From contig NW_021832554.1 in NCBI RefSeq assembly GCF_006345805.1, positions 1 to 57,579 on the forward strand: a stretch of 57,579 nt of DNA, read 5' to 3'. Position numbers and translations under genes: made by a program. The stretch's first letter is position 1; each line of letters opens with the position of its first letter. Below are positions 49,775-57,579 of the stretch, piece by piece. A model generated the notes under the pieces. That model was not told where the DNA came from. It saw only the letters and a list, made by a program, of their open reading frames with translations, and searched no databases. The DNA comes from Octopus sinensis. Its lineage: Eukaryota.

Positions 49775-49964
49775 GTGTATATACATGTGTGTGTGTATGT
49801 ATATATACATATATGTATGTGTATATATATATATATACACACATGTGTATATACATGTGTGTGTGTGTGTATATATGTATATATATATATATATATGTAG
49901 GTCCCGGGTTGAGTCGGGGTTAACCACAGTAAATAAGGTACTCAATACATTGCAGAGTAAAGTA

Positions 49965-50095
49965 ATTTATTTTATAGAAGGAGCTTCTACAGGACTAGAA
50001 CTGTTTCATTCAAATGAAATCATCAGGTAGCTTCCTGAAGATTTCATCTGAATGAAACAGTTCTAGTCCTTAGAAGCTCCTTCTATAAAATAAAT
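49965..50095. repeat. 131-bp near-perfect palindrome whose arms each carry a hammerhead-like motif
   Basis: Arms of ~60 bp centred on AGCT; CTGA(A/T)GA...GAAACAG...CT(G)TA order on both strands. Confidence 0.85.
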
Positions 50096-50205
50096 ATATA
50101 TATATATATATATACATATGTGTGTGTGATGATTGCCTCATCTTGTGAGATGATAGCTGTCTCACATTTAGCTGAATGCTCCAGTTTTCTCTTAATACAC
50201 ACACA

Positions 50206-50662
50206 TCTATATATATAAAACTGTAGTTGTGTGAGTGTCTGTCCCCTTCGATTTAGATTCCTAACTCCTCCCACATTTTGCGGTGCAGTTTAACCAAATT
50301 CGGGTATCTTATAGTCGTGATTAATATCGAGCCCGTCTGAGTATTAGCGCGCGTCTACGATGAGTCTACGATTTTAAAAATAATTTAACATCATTTTTTA
50401 TTCCATTTTAATGCATAATTTTTCGTGTGTCGATGGCGGCGGAGTTGGCGTCCATGGTCACACCTGCATCTGTTTGCTTCTTCCCCTTCTTCCCTCCCCC
50501 GTGAAGCTGTGGGGAAGGGAGTGTAAGGAAATCAATGTCGTAAAGCGTTGTCAAGGAGACCAGCGTTCTTTTAGAACAACGACTTCATGGCTTGAAGACA
50601 CCAAAACAGAAATGGCTAAGAAAGCCCGAATTGGCATCTATAAGGGAAGTAACTACTGCTAG
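50206..50662 (+). mobile_element. Non-autonomous Helitron-like element (457 bp)
   Basis: A|TCTATATATATAAAA 5' end and CTAG|T 3' end, inserted between A and T with no TSD; a subterminal hairpin is not clear. Confidence 0.6.
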
Positions 50663-50866
50663 TTTATTTATATAAGTAAAAGAACAAAACAAGACAAAGA
50701 TGGAACAAGAACGTGATAGGCGACAGTGAAACATCGGTACAGATAGATGATACAAAAAAAGGACAGGATGAAACAAGGGTCTTAAAGACTGCTGAGAGAG
50801 TGGGTGGGAGAAAGGGATCTTCAAACTGGAGACCCTGCTTGAAGGTTTGCAACAGGGTGAACTCCT

Positions 50867-51130
50867 GATTAGATCGACCCCAGTGCGTAACTGGTACTTA
50901 ATTTATCGACCCCGAAAGGATGAAAGGCAAAGTCGACCTCGGCGGAATTTGAACTCAGTTTTTACGTTCTGAGTTCAAATTCCGCCGAGGTCGACTTTGC
51001 CTTTCATCCTTTTGGGGTCGATAAATTAAGTACCAGTTACGCACTGGGGTCGATCTAATCGACTTAATCCCTTTGTCAGTCCTTGTTTGTCCCCTCTATG
51101 TTTAGCCCCTTGTGGGCAATAAAGAAATAA
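50867..51130. mobile_element. SINE family A insertion with a 92-bp inverted duplication
   Basis: Arms 50867-50958 and 50969-51060; TSD TGAACTCCT at 50858-50866 and 51131-51139. Confidence 0.88.
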
Positions 51131-52161
51131 TGAACTCCTTCCACTGAAGTTGAGAAGTTCGCTTTGCGTGCCACGCAGTTGGACTGAACCTGGAACCATG
51201 TAGTTAAGAAGCAGGCTTCTTACCACATGTGTGTGTCTTTGCGTTTGTGTTTGACCCCCACCACTGCCTGCCCTATGGTGTTGCTTCATTTTATGTCCCC
51301 TCCACACCACCACAACTGAACAGGTATCAGACTTCAAATAAATGAGTGTTGGGAATAAGTCTGTTAGACTAAAACTCTTTCTAGGCGGTGCCCCAGCATA
51401 GCCACAGTCCGATGACTGAAACACATGAACGGTGAAAGAAAGCACCAGTAAGTGGTGCTACTGTTAAAGTGGATGGCAGGACTGATTTAGTCAACCGGTT
51501 GAATTCTGGTCAAGAAAAAACACGAAGCAAACCTCATGAAAAAATCAAAAAAAAAAAAAAAAAATTACAAAATTCTCAAAAAATTAAATCAAAATTTTTT
51601 TTTTTAAATTAAAACCTTGTAATTATATTTACATTTATATTTTCATGTAATTAAGAACTGGCACTTGTATAATTACATTTAACACTTTCACATCCACATC
51701 GCATGACGAAATTCTTAAAATTTTTTTTTTTTTTTTTTAATATTTCTGTTTTCACTTTTTCATTCGATAATGGACTTTGTGAAAGGTCAGATGTCCACTG
51801 TGAATAGCTGGACGTCTGCACATTGCTTCCCATCTTTTTAACTCTTTCACTATGAAAATTTAGATTTCATTGTTATTCCAAAATTTTCCGAAAATTAATC
51901 GAAGAAAATGTAGTGTCTGTCATCAGAAATATCCTAGTCATACGATGTAGTTTCTGGATCGTTCCATCATATTTGTCTTAACTCTTTTAATGCCAACCCA
52001 TTTGAGACCACCACTGCTGATTTGAATTTAAACTTTCCATCAAAATTTTAAGCTAATTCATATTTCAAACAACTGTAAAATTTTATTAAACCAAATTCTT
52101 GTCTTAAAGTGATCTAAATTAAAAGCTTTCTTCAAAATTTCATGTTAATTTGTATTGTTAA

Positions 52162-52631
52162 TTAACCCTTTCGTTACTGTATTTCTATTGAGATGCTCTG
52201 TGTTTCTTTCAATTACTTTAAATATAACAAAGAATTTAGTAAAATAACTTAGTTATCATTAAGCTAGTATTAGGAACGTAAATTGTGACAAAAGGTTTGG
52301 TGGAAGATTTTAATTCAAAACTTATGAAAACAAGATATTTGTACTCAGAACCAGAGGCAGTCTCAGCCAGGTTGGTAACGAAAGGGTTTAAAATATGGTG
52401 ACTTTAACCCTTTTGTTACCATATTTCTATTGAGATGCTCTGTGTTTCTTTCAGTTACTTTAAATATAACAAAGAATTTAGTAAAATAACTTAGTTATCA
52501 TTAAGCTAGTGTTAGGAACATAAATTGTGACTAAGGTTTGGTGGAAGATTTTAATTCAGAACTTATGGAAACAAGACATTTGTACTCAGAGCCAGAGGCA
52601 GTCTCAGCTGGGTTGGTCATGAAAGGATTAA
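52162..52631. mobile_element. Dimer of the piggyBac-type MITE within older related TTAA-CCCTTT elements
   Basis: TTAA|CCCTTTCGTTAC start, spacer variant AAATATGGTGACT, degenerate GAAAGGA|TTAA end. Confidence 0.8.
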
Positions 52632-54261
52632 TAATGACAAAGTTAATTTCCTAAATTCTTCATTATTTTTAAAACTAATTGAAACAAAAAAAACACCCTA
52701 GTCATATCATTTAGCTCTTTCCTTTGTGTTTCTTTTAACCCTTTTGATGCCAACCCGTCTGAGACCACCCCTAGTCCTATGGTACAAACTTTTTGTTTTA
52801 AACTGACTTAAATCAAAACCTTCAATCAAAATTTTGTGCTAATTTATGTTCCAAACGTCTGCAGAATTCTATTAAACCAAATTTCTATTAAACCAAGCTT
52901 TCTTCAAAATTTCATGCTGATTTATATTCCAAACAACAGATTAATTAATAATGACAAAATTATTTTACTAAATTCTTCTTTTCAAATTTAATTAGTATAT
53001 TTCAACAGAAATATCCTCGTCATATGATTTAGCTTCCAGATCTTTCCATCATGTTTCTATTAACCCTTTCTGTACCAAATCACCTGAAATCTCCCCTGCT
53101 TCCATAATACAAACTCCCTGTTTTAATGAGATCTAAATTAAAACCCTTTTCCATCAAAATCCCACGTTAACCCCTTTAATTCTGAAATTAAATTTCATGG
53201 TCATTCTAGTAATGATGTTCAATATCTACCGAAAACAAAGCAAAAAATAGAATTGCTATCATCATCATCACCGTCATCGTCGTTTAACGTCCGCTTTTCA
53301 TGCTCGCATGTGTGGGACTATTTTGACTGAGGTCTGGTGAACCAGATAGCTGCACCAGGCTCCAGTCTTGATCTGGCAGAGTTTCTACAGCTTCATGCGC
53401 TTCCTAAAGCCAACTACTCTGTGAGCGTAGTGGGTGCTTTTTACGTGCCACCAGCACAGGGGCCAGAGGAGGCGGGCAAACAGGCGTGATTGATTGGTGC
53501 TTCTTATGTGTCACCGACACGGACGCCAGTCTGGCGGTACTGGCAATGGCCATGCTCGAAAATGGTGTTTCTCACGTGCCACCTGCACATGAGTCAGTCC
53601 AGTGGCACTGGCAATGACCTCGCTCGAATGTTTTGTTCACGTGCCACAGGCACAAGTGCCAGTAAAGCGGCACTGGTATATCAAATGTCTGCTGTAGGCT
53701 AAAAGCTTTCCTGGAACAAAAGCGAAATTGGTGAAGCTGTGGGATTCCGAAACCAGTACATCTCAGAGCTTAAATTAATCATCATTTAACATTCATTGTC
53801 TATGCTGGCATGGGTTGGATGGCTTGATAAGAGCTGGCAAACTGGGGAGCTACACCAGGCTCCAATCTGATCTGGCAGAGTTTCTACAGCTGGATGCCCT
53901 TCCTAACGCCAACCACTCCGAGAGTGTAGTGGGTGCTTTTACGTGCCACCGGCACGAGGGCAAGTCAGGCAGTACTGGCAAACTGGGGAGCTACACCAGG
54001 CTCCAATCTGATCTGGCAGAGTTTCTACAGCTGGATGCCCTTCCTAACGCCAACCACTCCGAGAGTGTAGTGGGTGCTTTTACGTGCCACCGGCACGAGG
54101 GCAAGTCAGGCAGTACTGGCAACGGCCACGCTCAGATGGTGTTTTTTATGTGCCACCTGCACAGGAGCCAGTCCACCGGCACTGGCAACGACCTCGCTTT
54201 GAATGTTTTTCACATGCCACCAGCACAGGTGCTAGTAAGGCGACGCAGGTAACGATCACGC

Positions 54262-54492
54262 AGGCGGCGAGCTGGCAGAAACGTTAGCACGCCGGGGGAA
54301 ATGAGTAGCCGTATTTCGTCTGTCGTTACGTTCTGAGTTCAAATTCCGCCGAGGTCGACTTTGCCTTTCATCCTTTCGGGGTCGATAAATTAAGTACCAG
54401 TTACGCACTGGGGTCGATCTAATCGACTTAATACCTATGTCTGTCCTTGTTTGTCCTGTCTGTGTTTAGCCCCTTGTGGGTAATAAAGAAAT
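54262..54492 (+). mobile_element. Full-length SINE family A monomer with a 14-15-bp TSD
   Basis: (A)GGTAACGATCACGC at 54247-54261 and 54493-54507. Confidence 0.92.
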
Positions 54493-55582
54493 AGGTAACG
54501 ATCACGCTCGAATGGTGTTTTTTACATGCCACTGGCACGGAAGCCAGCTTGTTGCTCTGGCAATGATCCCACTTGTATGGTACTCTTAGCGCTCCACTAG
54601 CACGGGTGCCAGAAACAAACTCAGTGTATTTCATCAGAAATAGCCTACTCATGATTTAGCTTCTGGATCTTTCCATCATGTTTGTCCTAAACTTTTTGAC
54701 ATCAAATCACCGGAAATCTTCCCTGCTTCTATGACACAAATTCCTTGATTTAATGTGATCTAAACGAAAACCTTTCATCAAAATTTCATGTTAACCCTTT
54801 CACTGATAAATTAATATTTCATGGTTATTCCATATGATGTTTAAATATCTGCCAAAAAACAGAATTGGTATTTTCTGCAAGGCACCTTGTTTCATAATAA
54901 ACTTGACATATCTCAAAAGAGAATAGTTCCAAACATGACACTCCTCATCAAATGACAGATTGGGATATAAAACTGCTTTCTGCAGTTAAGGGTAATGAGA
55001 TTTTTGAGTGGACGTATGTAATTTCTGCAGTGAAAGGGTTAATATTCCTATGAAACATCCTAGACATAAATGGAATTACAATAGAAGACCAAAACACCCT
55101 AGAGGCTCCCTCAGTTTGTATAAGTAGCAGTTAAGTACTTCCGTTGATTTAACCCTTTAAATATGAAATATATTTTCATGGTTATTCCAGTAATGATGTT
55201 TAAATATCTGCCAAAAAATAGTATTTTCTGTGAGTCACCTTGCGTCATATTAAATTTGACATATCTCAAAAGAGTTCCAGACATGACATTCCACAACAAA
55301 AAACAGATTGGGATATAAAACTGCTTTCCAAAGTAAAGGGTAACAAAATTTTGAGTGGAGATATCTAATTACCACAATGAAAGAATTAATGAACTATCAG
55401 AGAAATTTGTTGCAGTATTATTATATTTCATGGAAAATATTAAAAATTTGTTTCATCAAAATGTTTTTGTTCCTTCAATTACCTCTTGTTAACAAACTAA
55501 TTAATTACTACATGTATTAATGAATTTATTGATGATGTTTGATGTGTGTATTTTTTATGGTAATAACGAACTTATTGTATAC

Positions 55583-55738
55583 GTGGCTGTGTGGTAAGTA
55601 GCTTGCTAACCAATCACATGGTTCCGGGTTCAGTCCTACTGCGAGGCATCTTGGGCAAGTGTCTTCTGCCATAGCCTCGGGCCGACCAAAGCCTTGTGAG
55701 TGGATTTGGTAGACGGAAACTGAAAGAAGCCTGTCGTA

Positions 55739-55771
<33 letters not shown>

Positions 55772-55985
55772 GTTTGTGTGTCTGTGTTTGTCCCTCTAGC
55801 ATTGCTTGACAACCGATGCTGGTGCGTGTATGTCCCCCGTTACTTAGCAGTTTGGCAAAAGAGACCGATAGAATAAGTACTGGGCTTACAAAGAATAAGT
55901 CCTGGGGTTGATTAGCTCGACTAAAGGCGGTGCTCCAGCATGGCCACAGTCAAAATGACTGAAACAAGTAAAAGAGTAAAGAGAG
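55583..55985 (+). mobile_element. Complete SINE family B copy
   Basis: Head, internal (TA)n and tail ending GAAACAAGTAAAAGAGTAAAGAG. Confidence 0.85.
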
Positions 55986-56146
55986 TGCTCAGGTGAATTA
56001 TAATTCGTCAGAAAAAGCAGCAAAAACTTCTAGAATGGTCCACAGAATATGCACAAGCAGTGAACAGGGAATGAGTTGTTAAAAGAAAAAGGGGTTAGGG
56101 GTCATCAGGTGTACTGGTGGTGATGGAAGTCTTGAAGGATGTGGTG

Positions 56147-57579
56147 TCGACCTTGGCGGAATTTGAACTCAGAACGTAGCCGCAGACGAAATACCTATTT
56201 CTTTACTACCCACAAGGGGCTAAACACAGAGGGGACGAACAAGGACAGACAAATGGATTAAGTCGATTATATCGACCCCAGTGCGTAACTGGTACTTAAT
56301 TTATCGACACCGAAAAGATGAAAGGCAAAGTCGACCTCGGCGGAATTTGAACTCAGAACGTAGCCGCAGATGAAATACCTATTTCTTTACTACCCACAAG
56401 GGGCTAAACACAGAGGGGACGAACAAGGACAGACAAATGGATTAAGTCGATTATATCGACCCCAGTGCGTAACTGGTACTTAATTTATCGACCCCGAAAG
56501 GATGAAAGGCAAAGTCGACCTCGGCGGAATTTGAACTCAGAACGTAGCCGCAGACGAAATACCTATTTCTTTACTACCCACAAGGGGCTAAACACAGAGG
56601 GGACGAACAAGGACAGACAAATGGATTAAGTCGATTATATCGACCCCAGTGCGTAACTGGTACTTAATTTATCGACCCCGAAAGGATGTAAGGCAAAGTC
56701 GACCTTGGCAGAATTTGAACTCAGAACGTAGCCGCAGACGAAATACCTATTTCTTTACTACCCACAAGGGGCTAAACACAGAGGGGACGAACAAGGACAG
56801 ACAAATGGATTAAGTCGATTATATCGACCCCAGTGCGTAACTGGTACTTAATTTATCGACCCCGAAAGGATGTAAGGCAAAGTCGACCTTGGCAGAATTT
56901 GAACTCAGAACGTAGCTGCAGACGAAATACCTATTTCTTTACTACCCACAAGGGGCTAAACACAGAGGGGACGAACAAGGACAGACAAATGGATTAAGTC
57001 GATTATATCGACCCCAGTGCGTAACTGGTACTTAATTTATCGACCCCGAAAGGATGTAAGGCAAAGTCGACCTTGGCAGAATTTGAACTCAGAACGTAGC
57101 CGCAGACGAAATACCTATTCTTTACTACCCACAAGGGGCTAAACACAGAGGACGAACAAGGACAGACAATGGATTAAGTCGATTATATCGACCCCAGTGC
57201 GTAACTGGTACTTAATTTATCGACCCCGAAAGGATGTAAGGCAAAGTCGACCTTGGCAGAATTTGAACTCAGAACGTAGCCGCAGACGAAATACCTATTT
57301 CTTTACTAACCACAAGGGGCTAAACACAGAGGGGACGAACAAGGACAGACAAATGGATTAAGTCGATTATATCGACCCCAGTGCGTAACTGGTACTTAAT
57401 TTATCGACCCCGAAGGATGTAAGGCAAAGTCGACCTTGGCAGAATTGAACTCAGAACGTAGCCGCAGACGAAATACCTATTTCTTTACTACCCACAAGGG
57501 GCTAAACACAGAGGGGACGAACAAGGACAGACAAAGGATTAAGTCGATTATATCGACCCCAGTGCGTAACGGGTACTAA
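56147..57579 (-). repeat. Tandem array of a 184-bp SINE A-derived unit, ~8 copies, running off the window
   Basis: TCGACC at 56147, 56331 and 56515 gives a 184-bp period; every junction is GAAATA|GGTATTTC in SINE orientation. Confidence 0.93.

Noticed and set aside
720-49945. Numerous long ORFs rich in YI, HT, CV, LS, T, V, H or P
   Set aside because: They are translations of di-, tri- and tetranucleotide microsatellites that lack stops by composition. Only the embedded WD40 exon segments were kept.

Overview
AT-rich animal genomic DNA saturated with microsatellites and retroposons. The repeat landscape is most consistent with an octopod cephalopod (my inference, not a database result). I can support two protein-coding genes. 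(1) A WD40-repeat gene on the minus strand that the ORF track mostly misses: I spliced seven phase-compatible GT-AG exons by hand from an ATG at 29353 down to 3021 (268 aa), and the gene appears to continue beyond the window start. (2) An intronless LRRC59 homologue on the plus strand (40351-41535). Almost all other ORFs in the track are microsatellite artefacts or transposon remnants: mariner, Tc1, Tx1/L1-clade, CR1, RTE, R4/Dong, Penelope, Helitron, several tRNA-derived SINEs and MITEs. The most unusual signals are: a 246-bp satellite built from piggyBac-type MITEs that appears to move as a multimer with a single TTAA duplication; a SINE whose 3' tail matches a Tx1-clade LINE 3' end and which forms fixed-junction multimers, possibly by inserting into its own head; and several hammerhead-ribozyme-like motifs in Penelope-type repeats. 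Repeat boundaries are read by eye and approximate unless a TSD or TIR is quoted.
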